Shown here piece by piece: positions 29,301 through 39,240 of a stretch of 64,000 nucleotides of DNA. A program made the position numbers and the translations under genes. The stretch is from a virus. Numbering within the stretch: the stretch's first letter is position 1; every line of letters starts with the position of its first letter. The notes beneath the pieces are model-generated. The model was not told the DNA's origin and searched no databases. It saw only the letters and a program-made list of their open reading frames with translations. The stretch spans positions 10,613 to 74,612 of the IMG/VR virus record IMGVR_UViG_3300030108_003689; one strand, given 5' to 3'.

Positions 29301-29899
29301 AGCCAATCTTTAGGATCGATAGATGTTTGATTAGAAAATCGTTCATCATCCGGGTACATCCGTTTGACCTGATCGGCCATCACTTCATCAATTTTAGCTT
29401 TATCATCTTCATTTTTCAAACGGCCCTTAATTGACATTAGAGCTAAAAGCGTTCGCTCCGAAGGACCCTTTTTTTCATCTAATAAATTTGCATTACCTAA
29501 CTTAGCCGCAAGACTATCGAAGTTGTAGTTGCCCGCATTTATCTCTCCTGAAATGTCAGAAATAGATTTGATGGCGGCTTCACTTCTAACAGCCTTAAAC
29601 TCATCATTTCTATTGCTGGTATATGTATCTAAATTCTTATCAATATTTTCTCGTATCTTGGCATTTCTTTCGAGTGCCTTTTCTTGAAGGTCGCTTAATC
29701 TCCCAACAAGTCGGCTAAGTTCACCGTACGAAGGACTTCCACTAGCCCTACCTCGGTTCCTCGGGTTTTCGAGTGTAGAGATTCGTTTATTGAGAAAAAC
29801 GAGCCGCTTTACATATTCGGAGTAATCCCTTTCACGAGCCTTGATGTAAGTGCTGGCAGCAGGGAGAAATTTTTCTCTCAGTTCATCAGTAAAAGACAT
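26321..29899 (-). CDS. Large virion protein with C-terminal M23 peptidase
   Basis: HNGIDLRA, ADGVV, TKYYH, VKAGQEI, GPHLHFE; Pro-rich linker. Confidence 0.85.
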   Translation of the reverse strand: MSFTDELREKFLPAASTYIKARERDYSEYVKRLVFLNKRISTLENPRNRGRASGSPSYGELSRLVGRLSDLQEKALERNAKIRENIDKNLDTYTSNRNDEFKAVRSEAAIKSISDISGEINAGNYNFDSLAAKLGNANLLDEKKGPSERTLLALMSIKGRLKNEDDKAKIDEVMADQVKRMYPDDERFSNQTSIDPKDWLSKYYPDVGTTSEKGRLNRQKILANPKDYQGPEGVAGAFHNENVIDYIDHSEDITKYKKLLDGMLFDQTVSTELSSGKMTPEQISEIVQKSSPLEEVDGKIAFKADANEEEKKVFTKILANEGLKEGSDFNDLVSSNFVKNSVSGLLSPSSQKRQIAQAIEQYKSQRDELIQRSVNDRNLTPAQISVLTNPLFTRTNFRRGPSGELTGTDRFTMPSVEAPGRAPAEAAPEATEAPERDVSAEDSGVPVIPGIINRIERAAERAKNAETTSDATVRMEEFSDVLEQYEDLPDSVKARFPTDFNEAVDEWLEGFDTKGASNTPTRKNLEWERSVTQKGLLDRTPVTTMTVGQLVSRTNEAEYENTKRVLGFLDNPDSLGQNAAEGTNPLGTVGSDFLDASANKFQGVQSIINRSKLIPEQGPRGEYFDPKYGSFASVDRFLGRMDGDIRDSRRGDEVRFQANERPEDQPPPPPTKAPTPPPPPTDFMSEFQREQIAEMTAEPQDEAPEVNIPELKSAEQSMAEQRAIAKAQQEGYEASTPGAKAYAATTPRVDQDSSGIRGKRDVPIPEPKAATFEGPMRPTDDDTATLESSFATMEPVEPPAPPPVKTPTPPPDPQPTAAAAAEEKPPVKYIDLTPTPQQRIQDDERPQEQITQDSLAANRKAELEKARLEKEKANQDAKDRLESEIRGQSGEDLLVAVDSPRVGDTPVIVADSAKGDDSAPAPTPEPAPVDDRIAKAASQVLFIRGQLTSGKIEPYQARNMLGDLEKEFGLAQDEIPGAKEAMKFSLDVGRAIQRQSTPAPETQEQPQEEAVTKVAKLGFVSPVKTKYTIDGAQVITSAKFGLRPDPNTGKVQDHNGIDLRAKLGEPVFSVADGVVIRADRTDNDGSGLNVSIRHADGSVTKYYHASAITEGLEVGTEVKAGQEIMKSGATGNVDGPHLHFELHKPNDKGELVAVPPLEHMGDLFSDFVIKETGKTVAETYNIKVAGQGALDE

Positions 29900-29909
29900 T
29901 TTGGCCCCG

Positions 29910-30482
29910 CTATATAGTAAGTGTCACTAAAGTCAGATCAGTGGTTTTATCCAAGTACAGAACTAAAAGCTTATCGCCACTTGTATCTGTACCTCCTGAG
30001 TTTGTGATTGTATCAGATGAAGCAATGGCAAACTCAGTTGTAAGGTCTGTCAATAATCCAGACGTTCCATTTTGCTCTAATACAGAAATAAGCTCATCTC
30101 CAGTACGTATTCCCGCAACTGTGTGACTACCCGCAGAACCACCATCAACGAGGGCAACCTTGATGGGGTTAGAAATTTTCGATCCACTGATTGCATCATT
30201 AGCGATCATGCTCCGACTGACAAAGCCGGATGTAAACAAGGCACGCATTCCGTTTGCTGCTGAGAACACGCCATCAGGTATCAATCGTTTTAGCACCGAT
30301 GCCGTGAATGACCTTGCTGCAAACTTAGAGTTCAGCAGCGATGTAGTGAACAACCCATTTGGGATGTCGTCTCCATCGAGAGGTTCCGGGGCACGATAGC
30401 TGTTTAGATTATCGTTGGAGTTCGATGTTGATTGATTGTTCGGCGGGACTCGGGGAACAAATACACCGTTTACAAATGGCAT
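29910..30482 (-). CDS. Virion structural protein
   Basis: 190-aa ORF; TVAGIRTGDEL..V...DLT.EF...TITN..GTDTS.DKLLVLY. Confidence 0.65.
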   Translation of the reverse strand: MPFVNGVFVPRVPPNNQSTSNSNDNLNSYRAPEPLDGDDIPNGLFTTSLLNSKFAARSFTASVLKRLIPDGVFSAANGMRALFTSGFVSRSMIANDAISGSKISNPIKVALVDGGSAGSHTVAGIRTGDELISVLEQNGTSGLLTDLTTEFAIASSDTITNSGGTDTSGDKLLVLYLDKTTDLTLVTLTI

Positions 30483-30491
30483 ACGAGCCCC

Positions 30492-31421
30492 CTAAGACGG
30501 AAGAGTTTCGCTCGTTGGTAATTGAAAGCTTGATGCCATCGTACCGCCGTACAGCGCTCTTTGCTTGGCAAGCTTTTCTGCTTGAGACTTTCGCAACTTA
30601 TCGAGCGCTGTTTCTCTTTTTTCGAATCCCCTTTCAGCACGCTTCATGGCACGATCTCTTCGTCCCTCTAAACGTGTCGCAAGCGCGTCGTCTCCCGCTG
30701 CTGTTGCCTGTGCAGCCTCGTAAGAAAGATCAATGGCTTTTTGACCCTGTTTTTGGAACTTCTTTTGTCCACGACGTGCCTTATCGGCTTGGGCTCTTTC
30801 GAAGTCTTTCGGCGCGAAGCTCGCGGCAAGCTTGCCAACACTAAACACGCCTTCCTTGATTCGTTGAAGTCTGCGTGCGTCTTTGGCTGTTTTAGCCGCT
30901 AGTTCTTCTTGTTTTGCTGCATACGTTTCTTGCAATCCAAGCTCTTGCTCGCGGAGCGCCCTTTCCATTTCACGAGTTTCTTCTACACCAGCATCACCAG
31001 CAGCCTTGATGGTGTCTGGCGCCCTTTGAGCTAACTCAATCGCTGCAGTCCCTGTAGTATCCATTGCCGCCTTATCTGCTGCGCGTTGAAGCGTAGATTG
31101 CGCTGCAGCCATCTTTGCTCCCCGTGCGGCCTCGATGCGCTCTTCCGCGCCTTCACCGGCTTTTGCAATGATTTCTTCACCACGCTTCTTTCGATCTCTA
31201 GCGGCTGCAGCCCGTCTATTTGCTTCCATAGCAAAGGCTTGGTAGTCCATTTGCTGGCCAAACAGATCTAATCCTGTGCCAAAAATAGAGTCGAGATTCT
31301 TCATGCGGTTGTAATAGTCGTCTTCCTCTTCGGCGGCGGTTTTAGCCATAGAGTCAAACAAAAGTTGATCATCGGCGGTAGAGTCTCTGAGCGATGTCTG
31401 AGTGGGGTCTTGCTTTGGCAT
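30492..31421 (-). CDS. Putative ejection/internal virion protein
   Basis: Ala/Glu/Arg-rich helical protein between pilot-like gene and large ejection proteins. Confidence 0.6.
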   Translation of the reverse strand: MPKQDPTQTSLRDSTADDQLLFDSMAKTAAEEEDDYYNRMKNLDSIFGTGLDLFGQQMDYQAFAMEANRRAAAARDRKKRGEEIIAKAGEGAEERIEAARGAKMAAAQSTLQRAADKAAMDTTGTAAIELAQRAPDTIKAAGDAGVEETREMERALREQELGLQETYAAKQEELAAKTAKDARRLQRIKEGVFSVGKLAASFAPKDFERAQADKARRGQKKFQKQGQKAIDLSYEAAQATAAGDDALATRLEGRRDRAMKRAERGFEKRETALDKLRKSQAEKLAKQRALYGGTMASSFQLPTSETLPS

Positions 31422-31429
31422 GACTAATC

Positions 31430-31861
31430 CTATCCTGTAGTACTTTGAGGCTGACCATACGTTTGAACAATGTATGTGTCATACGGGCTACCAGTTCCAA
31501 CGGCCATTGAGGATTGAAGCGTCATTTCGGTTGATGAAACCCGAGGAGCAGGTATTGTTGAATCGTCTTTTGCTGATCGAGCAGAAGCGGCCTTTTGTTG
31601 GGCTAATGATCGCCTTTCAACGCTTCTTTGCTTGGCTCTGAGATTCTTTTCCCTGCGTCTTTGTTGTCGAGCAAGCCTTCTCTGCTGACGCAATGCTTTT
31701 TCTTCTTGATCGGCCTGTGCGCCTCCAAAAATGGCACCAGCAATACCGCCGGCAACACCACCGATTGCTGCACCCAATGGGCCAAAAGCGGCACCTGCAG
31801 AGGCTCCTGTTGCTGCGCCGCTAAAAGCACCCGATCCTATCGCTACAGCTTTATCACTCAT
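31430..31861 (-). CDS. Pilot/ejection protein with glycine zipper
   Basis: GAATGASAGAAFGPLGAAIGGVAGGIAGAIFGG then basic coiled coil. Confidence 0.7.
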   Translation of the reverse strand: MSDKAVAIGSGAFSGAATGASAGAAFGPLGAAIGGVAGGIAGAIFGGAQADQEEKALRQQRRLARQQRRREKNLRAKQRSVERRSLAQQKAASARSAKDDSTIPAPRVSSTEMTLQSSMAVGTGSPYDTYIVQTYGQPQSTTG

Positions 31862-31888
31862 GACTTAAAATCCTTCGATTCAATCGTA

Positions 31889-32776
31889 TCATTTATAGTG
31901 AACATCTACGAAGAAATTTCTGGCATCAATATAAAGGTGTTGCTGAAGTCTTGAGTCGATAGCTGGAAGCCTGTAAACACATCTATAAGAAACTTTATTC
32001 ATGCCTGGAGACAGCGTAACTCTGGTTGCAAAAGAGATTTGTGACCTCTTGCTCCTGTAACTCATCTGACCTCTACCAAAAAGCCTTCTCTCAGTATGTT
32101 GAAAATCCTCTATGGTATCGCTATCTGGTCGATCAACGTAAAGCTTGAAGATACCAATAGTTGCTTTACCAGCTTTTGATCTGTACCAAGCTTTCCATTG
32201 TGATTCTGATAGCCTGTGCCCTTCTTCCGGGCCACGGCCATAGTTTTGAGCTTGATCAGCCAAGCTCATGCCATAAAAATCCGTAGAGCCTGAAGCATGG
32301 GCGTACATTGATCCACACACAAAAGCATTAACGTTTTCTGTTCCCTTCACGTAAATATTCGCAGACATCCCATCAATAGGTTGCCAAGCGCTCGCTGGCA
32401 GATCGTGAACATCATCCGTTTTCAAAAATTCAGCCAATATTTGACCGGATGTTTCGTGTCTCACATGACGATTCATTTTTCCATCAGCAACGTTTCTGTA
32501 GTACGTAGAAGACGAAACCGCATCCACTCTCGGGTTAGCACTGATGTAATACTCTGGTCGTAAAATATGTCTTGATTCAAGAGCGTTCGTTCTCGGATCA
32601 ACAGCGGGAGTAACGCCAGCATCAATTGTCGATGATTCTGTAGCGTATTGAATATCTTCAACAGATATTCCACCATTTACGAAGTTTTCTAACAGGTCAA
32701 ATCTGTCGTTGAACGAGTCCGGCGTGATTTTGTCACCTAAACCGACGGTATCACTAAAACTTGGATCTAAAGGCAT
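31889..32776 (-). CDS. Tail-associated protein (paralog family B)
   Basis: N-terminal GDKITPDSFNDRFDLLENFVNGGISVEDI shared with the next two ORFs. Confidence 0.65.
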   Translation of the reverse strand: MPLDPSFSDTVGLGDKITPDSFNDRFDLLENFVNGGISVEDIQYATESSTIDAGVTPAVDPRTNALESRHILRPEYYISANPRVDAVSSSTYYRNVADGKMNRHVRHETSGQILAEFLKTDDVHDLPASAWQPIDGMSANIYVKGTENVNAFVCGSMYAHASGSTDFYGMSLADQAQNYGRGPEEGHRLSESQWKAWYRSKAGKATIGIFKLYVDRPDSDTIEDFQHTERRLFGRGQMSYRSKRSQISFATRVTLSPGMNKVSYRCVYRLPAIDSRLQQHLYIDARNFFVDVHYK

Positions 32777-33804
32777 TATCTACGTACCGGGTAAGCAGTG
32801 ATTGTGTAGTCCATGAAATCTACAGGTAGCCTGATTGGTGTCAAACAACCTGCTTTACCTCCAGCCCCAGTATCTGCAGGCATGCCAGGATCCATGCCAG
32901 AAATGTAAGCGAGCAAGAAAAAACTTACATCGATTTTGTCTGAGACATCGTGCTCATACAAGTGGCATGCAGTGTAGTTGAACTGGGCCGGAAAGTTCAT
33001 TGTACCAGCGGTAGTCGGGTGATGATCATCGTATGTGTCACCGGGATCTAGCCTTTCACCACCCCTGTTGTCCCTGTACCACCATCCATCTACTGACCCG
33101 TAACCGTAGTCAATTTCTGCATCTTCGCCACCGTAAAATGAGTCTCTAGCGCGATGATGATCCGACATATCGTATTCATCACCGTCGCTTGTGTAAGTTT
33201 CACCCTCTAACGCCGTCTTAGACAAAGAAGAGGCGCTCGGCATTTTATCAGTAAAAGCAAACCGAAAACGTTGTTCCGTTTGCCTGATAATATCGGCATT
33301 GATGGTGTTAGTGTCTGCGACATCGTCAGGATCTCCTAAATACTTACAAAGCGCAAGTTGAATAGTGCATGGCTTGCCGTTGTAATAAGTTCTTGCCCCC
33401 ATATCGGGAACACCTAATCGCAAACTCGCCCTAATAATTAACTTTTCTCCTCTTTCCATATTTTTGACGAATATTCTAGTTGAAAATGGATAATTATATC
33501 GCTCAGCTAGAGTTATAGGCGAAGTTGATGGGTAAGTAAAAGGATTCGGAATTGAGATTGAATCGTCACCGTGCAACATTTGCCAATAAGCCTTCGATAT
33601 AAACGGATGTCGGGCATCTCCTCCAGACCCCTTAACCGTCAAAGACGTTTCATCGGGTACTTCGAACTCACCGAATGCTTCGTCTTTAAAATTAAATCCA
33701 TCAAGCTTACTGCAAACTGATTGAATTTTTGAAGTTGCTTCATTAAAGTCAGAATGTGAAATAACTTCATTATGTTTAAACTCTGGAATTTTTAAATAAG
33801 GCAT
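32776..33804 (-). CDS. Tail-associated protein (paralog family B)
   Basis: N-terminal NEVISHSDFNE...KLDGFNFK. Confidence 0.65.
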   Translation of the reverse strand: MPYLKIPEFKHNEVISHSDFNEATSKIQSVCSKLDGFNFKDEAFGEFEVPDETSLTVKGSGGDARHPFISKAYWQMLHGDDSISIPNPFTYPSTSPITLAERYNYPFSTRIFVKNMERGEKLIIRASLRLGVPDMGARTYYNGKPCTIQLALCKYLGDPDDVADTNTINADIIRQTEQRFRFAFTDKMPSASSLSKTALEGETYTSDGDEYDMSDHHRARDSFYGGEDAEIDYGYGSVDGWWYRDNRGGERLDPGDTYDDHHPTTAGTMNFPAQFNYTACHLYEHDVSDKIDVSFFLLAYISGMDPGMPADTGAGGKAGCLTPIRLPVDFMDYTITAYPVRR

Positions 33805-34868
33805 TATCCCTTCCTATACTGAACAACTAAATTTGCAGCACCAATCCAACACTCTATACCTAAAATAATTGTGTAAGTTGTCTCGCCACTGTTTTGCATG
33901 TCCAGATTGAAGTATTCCGCTGTAGCATCATCAACAGTAAAAGTTTCCTGTTTTAACTCTGGCAGCACGGATAGAGTATCCTCAGAAGATACAAACGATT
34001 TGGGGAAGTACCCGCCTTTTTTAGATACCTCTCCGGTTTCGGCTCGAACACCTTGAGATGTTCCCCATAAGTTTTCTACGTTCGCTACGGCGACTTCACT
34101 CTTGATAACGTTACGACCTGCTCGAACGGGAATCACGCCGCAGGTATAGCAACCATTGCGGTCCTTTCCGTTATATTGCCAACCAGTTTCACATATTTCC
34201 GCACCGTTCAAAGTGACTCGATATTTGATTCCAAACCTATCAACTGGTTGCAAGATATATTTACCCTGAGGGAAATCCCTATTGAAGAGCGATACATCAT
34301 CACCAGAATCCATATGCGTGATTATTTTCGATGCTTCGAGACCTCTTGATTCGCCATCACGGCAAGTAAGGCCAATCCATCCACCAACTGGTAAGCTGCT
34401 GTTGTGCATGGCTAAACGATCGTAATGTTGCACTGGCCAGTGTCTTTTAATGAGCAGCTTTCTTTCTGCCTCACTTAAGCTTAATAGTCCCGTTCCTTTC
34501 CACATATGGGATGCGTTGAAATCAATGATTACCCAACCATCACGCTCGGCTACAAATTCAACAGAGGGCATTTCCTTGCCTTCTGTACCAACAGACGTGT
34601 ACCCGGTAGTATTCCTTGATGGAATCAAAGCGGCCTTTCCGCTGGCCCAATCACCAGTGGCGAAAATACTAGATTCAAAAACCTCGCAGAAAGTTTCATT
34701 TTTGAACTGATGTGGTTTAAGTTTTTGACTCGAATCATTAATTTTCAAGTTTTCCCTTGATAAATTACCATTCAACTCGTCTGTAAATTGTTTGAAGTTT
34801 TCATTTAAATCATCAGGCTCAACTATTTCGCCATTGCTGGGCCGTATTTTAGGAAATCTATACCCCAT
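33804..34868 (-). CDS. Tail-associated protein (paralog family B)
   Basis: N-terminal GEIVEPDDLNENFKQFTDELNGNLSRENL. Confidence 0.65.
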   Translation of the reverse strand: MGYRFPKIRPSNGEIVEPDDLNENFKQFTDELNGNLSRENLKINDSSQKLKPHQFKNETFCEVFESSIFATGDWASGKAALIPSRNTTGYTSVGTEGKEMPSVEFVAERDGWVIIDFNASHMWKGTGLLSLSEAERKLLIKRHWPVQHYDRLAMHNSSLPVGGWIGLTCRDGESRGLEASKIITHMDSGDDVSLFNRDFPQGKYILQPVDRFGIKYRVTLNGAEICETGWQYNGKDRNGCYTCGVIPVRAGRNVIKSEVAVANVENLWGTSQGVRAETGEVSKKGGYFPKSFVSSEDTLSVLPELKQETFTVDDATAEYFNLDMQNSGETTYTIILGIECWIGAANLVVQYRKG

Positions 34869-34869
34869 G

Positions 34870-37122
34870 CTATCTCCTATCTGATCCTAAAACATCGGTT
34901 AAAGCTCTTATGTTTCTTTGCTCTCCGAGCTTGGCATCAACAGAGTACCCAACAAGCATAATCCTGCTCAAATCTTCCGATGCATCTTGAGTTACCCGAA
35001 CAGCAAATTCAGTTACCAACGTTTTATTTATGTGGGAAATATCAAAACGAATAACTATCGGTCTATGATATCCAAACCTATCACTACCAAAAGATGATTT
35101 GCCGTAGACATCTAGCTTTTCTTCAGAGTCGATATGCTGCTGAATCATCGATTTATCAGACTCTAACGCAAGCTCCTGATTTCTATTTATCTTAAAGTTG
35201 AGCTTTACAGGAATATCTCCGTATGCAACAGCATAAAGATTAACGTAAGCAATCCTGGCAGACCCATATGTTCCATTTAGTTTTATTGGTACAGTTTCAT
35301 AGACGGGATTATCCAAAAAAGACTTTCGTGTAATAAATTTATCTACTGGGCCGTCTGAATTACCAGCAGTAGATCCTTCTTTATTTTTATGTCTAAAGTA
35401 ATGTCCATAAACAAAAATACCTGGAACCTCACCATCAGAACTACCAAAAATAACATCTGATGATGGGCCTCTCGTTTCTATTGCACAACCGATTGGATAG
35501 TTGTTTCTCAGGCTCCAAGCGCCAACCTCATAATGCCATACCAACAATAAATTATTTTTTTCTCCAATTGTAGGAACGCAAAGCCAGTACTCCTTGTCTT
35601 GTCGATTCAGGCATCCAACAGAACCAAATGAGGAACTCACACACACTCGATCCATTGTTTCTTTAATTGGTGTGCTCAGATCAATAATAGATGTTGGTGA
35701 GTTCGAGTCTTCGAGAAACCCTTTAAGAGCAAAGATACCATTGTGAGACAAGAACACGAGGCCGGTGAATGGCACATCCTTGATCGAGTTTGGTGCAATG
35801 CACCCGATATCACGAGATATTGTTTGATAGGTGAAAGACCCGTCCGGGTTCGATTTTACCAAGTAGGTTCCGTATTCTTTGAACACAACCAAGGAGTTTG
35901 TGCTCGCATACATCCCGGTGATCTTTCCAGCATCCGAGTCACCCAAGTCAATGACATTCCTTTTGGGGAACACCTCAGGCATTCCGCTCGCACTGAATCG
36001 CAATAAATTATCAGGACCGCCAGTTAGGAATACACAGTTCTTGAACGATGCAATGAACTTAGCTTGCATCGGATATTTCCCGAATTCGAAATCATCAACC
36101 ATGAAACCTAAGCTTGCATCGGGCAAACCGTCCTCAAACATGGTTGTTTCATTGTCTTTGATTTCTCGCACGAAGTAGAAATTTCTACCAACCTGTGCTC
36201 CAATCGAGTTTCCGAAATCATCTAATTGATCATGTGTTCGATACAGTCTTCTTGCGACAGTGGAATCATCGCCAACAGGCAACTGTATTTGAACGAATCG
36301 CTTCTTACCATCGGCGCACTCAAAAATACACATGTCGCTGGGTTCGGACATTTCACTTTCTTGTCCACGGCTATTTACATATGTGACTCTATACTGGTAT
36401 CCGGCAAGTTTTCCATCGATGAAATCCTTGGAACCGTTCTTGGATTTAGCGCCTTTCGGCTTCAAACTACCCAATCCCCAACTTTTGAGTCGAGTCCCTA
36501 AAAAGTAGTCGGTGTCGGCACCGCCAGCAGAAATGTGCTCGTTGTGATATGACCTCACAACTACATTTGCTTTCGGTTGTCCGGGCTTTTCATAAAATCC
36601 GGCGCGATCTACTGTGTTTCCATCATATACGATTGGCTCGTCGACACCATTTACCAGATACAATCGACCACCGAACGTGCATGATTGTGTTCCAATGTCG
36701 TTGTTACGGGGGATGTATCTCTTTCTACCGCTAGACAAACCATTATATTCAACGTTTTGCAAATCACGCAAGAAACGAAAAGGCTCCTCCCTTGTAAGAC
36801 CAGCTTTTCTTTTACCTATATCTAATACACAAAGTCTGCCGTAATTGTCTTCAAATATAATTTCGTTATAATTAGATCGTTTAGAATAAAAGTGTATTGA
36901 CGTTATGCTTGTTCCACTTGGATCGGATAAATATCCTAAACTTTCATCTATATAGTTCCAATTGTATAGATCACGAGTGATGCATTCGTAACCCCCAGCA
37001 GCTTTCCAACCGTCGTACGTATCCCAGGTCATTTCCTCGATAATCGCGGCGTTTTCCGGTCGAGTGTAATAACGCTGATCAATGCCTCTCAGGCGCTCTA
37101 CGATAAGACGTTGTGTGTTCAT
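34870..37122 (-). CDS. Tail nozzle/tubular protein B-like beta-propeller (P22 gp10/T7 gp12-like)
   Basis: 750 aa; LRFS..G.PEVF, ITGM...LVVFKE, ISRDIGCIAPNSI, VFLSHNGIF motifs; position after adaptor. Confidence 0.7.
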   Translation of the reverse strand: MNTQRLIVERLRGIDQRYYTRPENAAIIEEMTWDTYDGWKAAGGYECITRDLYNWNYIDESLGYLSDPSGTSITSIHFYSKRSNYNEIIFEDNYGRLCVLDIGKRKAGLTREEPFRFLRDLQNVEYNGLSSGRKRYIPRNNDIGTQSCTFGGRLYLVNGVDEPIVYDGNTVDRAGFYEKPGQPKANVVVRSYHNEHISAGGADTDYFLGTRLKSWGLGSLKPKGAKSKNGSKDFIDGKLAGYQYRVTYVNSRGQESEMSEPSDMCIFECADGKKRFVQIQLPVGDDSTVARRLYRTHDQLDDFGNSIGAQVGRNFYFVREIKDNETTMFEDGLPDASLGFMVDDFEFGKYPMQAKFIASFKNCVFLTGGPDNLLRFSASGMPEVFPKRNVIDLGDSDAGKITGMYASTNSLVVFKEYGTYLVKSNPDGSFTYQTISRDIGCIAPNSIKDVPFTGLVFLSHNGIFALKGFLEDSNSPTSIIDLSTPIKETMDRVCVSSSFGSVGCLNRQDKEYWLCVPTIGEKNNLLLVWHYEVGAWSLRNNYPIGCAIETRGPSSDVIFGSSDGEVPGIFVYGHYFRHKNKEGSTAGNSDGPVDKFITRKSFLDNPVYETVPIKLNGTYGSARIAYVNLYAVAYGDIPVKLNFKINRNQELALESDKSMIQQHIDSEEKLDVYGKSSFGSDRFGYHRPIVIRFDISHINKTLVTEFAVRVTQDASEDLSRIMLVGYSVDAKLGEQRNIRALTDVLGSDRR

Positions 37123-38633
37123 GACTTACTCGGTATGCCCCATCGTTCACGATCTGCCATAGCCCTATCGAATCCACGACGAACATACATTCGATCAGTC
37201 CTGCTGAGGTATTTAGATTTCATTCGCTCCATCAATTGATTTGCACGGCCATCGTAAAGTTCGCTGTGTTGGAGCATCCCGTGTTGCATACAGATGTCTC
37301 TGAGTGACGCATAAACCAAGTAGTGATGGTACTGAACAGGCCATTCAGGGGCATCGTTATCGTTCACCAGCCGAAGTGGTCTCCGGTGATAACGAACTTC
37401 AACTTTGTAGTCGGAGTTAGGCGTATACCAAAACCTAAGGTACTGACGAGGACCAATGTCATTAAGCCTGTCCAAATCAAATGGTGTACCAGAAGGGTCT
37501 GCGGAGATGAATGGTTCGCCTGGAGCGACTACAACGGTATTAGTTGTAAGCTCATCACAGTCATCGGTAAACTCCGTTATGTCCTCAGCAACAGTGGCTA
37601 TATGACGCCACGGACCCATTCCACCTCTGAGTGCGATGTCTTTAACCAAGCCCACACCTTCGAAACGTTTACTCTCTGGTTTCACTGAAACTCTGCGGTA
37701 AATTTTCTTTACCATCCCAGTAATCCCGCTTTTACCCTCAGCCACCAACCTGTGGGCTCTGGTGTCCATTAACTTTGAAATTACAAATGCTAGAGTGTGA
37801 TGAGTCGACGAGGCTGAGGCTGTCACTTCGCTTATCGGAGACGGCGGGCTTTCCATTCCAGCGTACTGAAAGGTGTAGCAATACTCATATGTCGCGCCCC
37901 TAATCGGGTGAGCAACCGTATCTGTTGGACTAGCGGAAGAAATAACCGGCTCAAGAACAGGAGCAAAGTCAGGCGGCTGAAGGTTCGCGTGCATCTCCTC
38001 AATGCTAACGAACGGGTCGCCAGTATCCTCACGATCAAGGTACAGATACTCCTCTTTCCGTGCATCAAGGAAAATAAACCGGCCACGATCTGGGCCAGTT
38101 GTTGTTTTTGTCGTTGTCTCTCCCGGCTGACTTTGATCAGTCGGATGATCGAACGTAATGATTTCGGTATGAGGAAATCCACGATCCATAATCCCAAGCA
38201 CCTCAACAGTGTCTCGAGGCATGGGGTACTTTAAATATTTAATTGTCCAAGTTGGATTCGATGCCGCAGCGATGGGCTTATCAACAACGAAGGTCCTGGC
38301 GTCATGCCGAGCAGTAATTTTGTATTCTTCGTTATTCAAAAAGAACGTTTGTCCAACAATATCCTCGGGCAAATTAACGACGCCAGTGCCAATCGTTGTG
38401 GGCAAGCTGACAATACGACTTCCGTCTGTTGTTGCTCTGTCTTCATTTCCAGCAACGATATCAGCCCTCAGCATCAGGTACTTTCGTTCCTGCATAAAGA
38501 GCCATTGATACTGGCTTGAAACCTGCAAGTAGTGACGATTGATGACCCTCGAAATGCTATCGTCGTACTGCTTGATGTCAGGATTGTAGTCCAATGCAGA
38601 GTTGATTTCTTGTCTGATTTCCTTGAGGTTCAC
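37119..38633 (-). CDS. Head-tail adaptor/tail tubular protein A-like with inserted domains
   Basis: GTG 38633 after GGAG; N-term NLKEIRQEI..L, C-term LRFWYTP...YHRRP..LVNDNDAPEWPVQYHHYLVY. Confidence 0.7.
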   Translation of the reverse strand: MNLKEIRQEINSALDYNPDIKQYDDSISRVINRHYLQVSSQYQWLFMQERKYLMLRADIVAGNEDRATTDGSRIVSLPTTIGTGVVNLPEDIVGQTFFLNNEEYKITARHDARTFVVDKPIAAASNPTWTIKYLKYPMPRDTVEVLGIMDRGFPHTEIITFDHPTDQSQPGETTTKTTTGPDRGRFIFLDARKEEYLYLDREDTGDPFVSIEEMHANLQPPDFAPVLEPVISSASPTDTVAHPIRGATYEYCYTFQYAGMESPPSPISEVTASASSTHHTLAFVISKLMDTRAHRLVAEGKSGITGMVKKIYRRVSVKPESKRFEGVGLVKDIALRGGMGPWRHIATVAEDITEFTDDCDELTTNTVVVAPGEPFISADPSGTPFDLDRLNDIGPRQYLRFWYTPNSDYKVEVRYHRRPLRLVNDNDAPEWPVQYHHYLVYASLRDICMQHGMLQHSELYDGRANQLMERMKSKYLSRTDRMYVRRGFDRAMADRERWGIPSKS

Positions 38634-38647
38634 CTTGGACTCCAAAA

Positions 38648-38690
38648 ATGAAAACGGCTGCTGAAGTAGTATACCCCAGCAGCCGAAAAT
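38648..38690 (-). terminator. Intrinsic terminator after decoration genes
   Basis: CGGCTGCTG...CAGCAGCCG followed by TTTTCATTTTT on - strand. Confidence 0.7.
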
Positions 38691-38717
38691 GGACCGAGGT
38701 CCGGTAGCGAATATGGC

Positions 38718-39212
38718 TTAGAAGTAGCCTTGATCAACAATCAGGACATCAGCTTTATTTGTGGTTCCAGATGCTGGCTCTGTACCAGAGGCCGAAGCTT
38801 CACTCTCTAAAGCTACTGCAATGATATTACGCTCAAGTGCGTCTGCGTTACTCGAACTATCAAGCTGAGTTGCGTCTTGTGCCATACCTGGAGAAGCGCT
38901 CATTACCAAGTTCTGACCGGAAACAACAGTTGTTGCTACCGATGCATTTTCATACTTTCCGGCAGTCTGAATGACACAATACTTTCCAGCAGCAACTGTC
39001 TCTGTAGCAACACCGATGCAAAGCCCTTCATGAATATTCGCGTTGTAGCCTGATTGAGACTTACGAACAGAAGCGCCAAGACCATTGGTGGTGTCCAACG
39101 GATCGATCATCACGAAATCGCCTGCAGCAAGGAGCCCAGAGGCATAAAGAGTGACATACTTTTTTGGAAAGTGATCAACGCCATCGACGCCTTCGATCTT
39201 ATGAACTGACAT
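38718..39212 (-). CDS. Capsid decoration/cement protein, copy 2
   Basis: Follows MCP; CIGVATE..AAG...VIQTAG cement-like motif; paralog of 39241-39738; GGAGG RBS. Confidence 0.75.
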   Translation of the reverse strand: MSVHKIEGVDGVDHFPKKYVTLYASGLLAAGDFVMIDPLDTTNGLGASVRKSQSGYNANIHEGLCIGVATETVAAGKYCVIQTAGKYENASVATTVVSGQNLVMSASPGMAQDATQLDSSSNADALERNIIAVALESEASASGTEPASGTTNKADVLIVDQGYF

Positions 39213-39240
39213 ATTATCCTCCTCCTTTTGACCTTACGGC

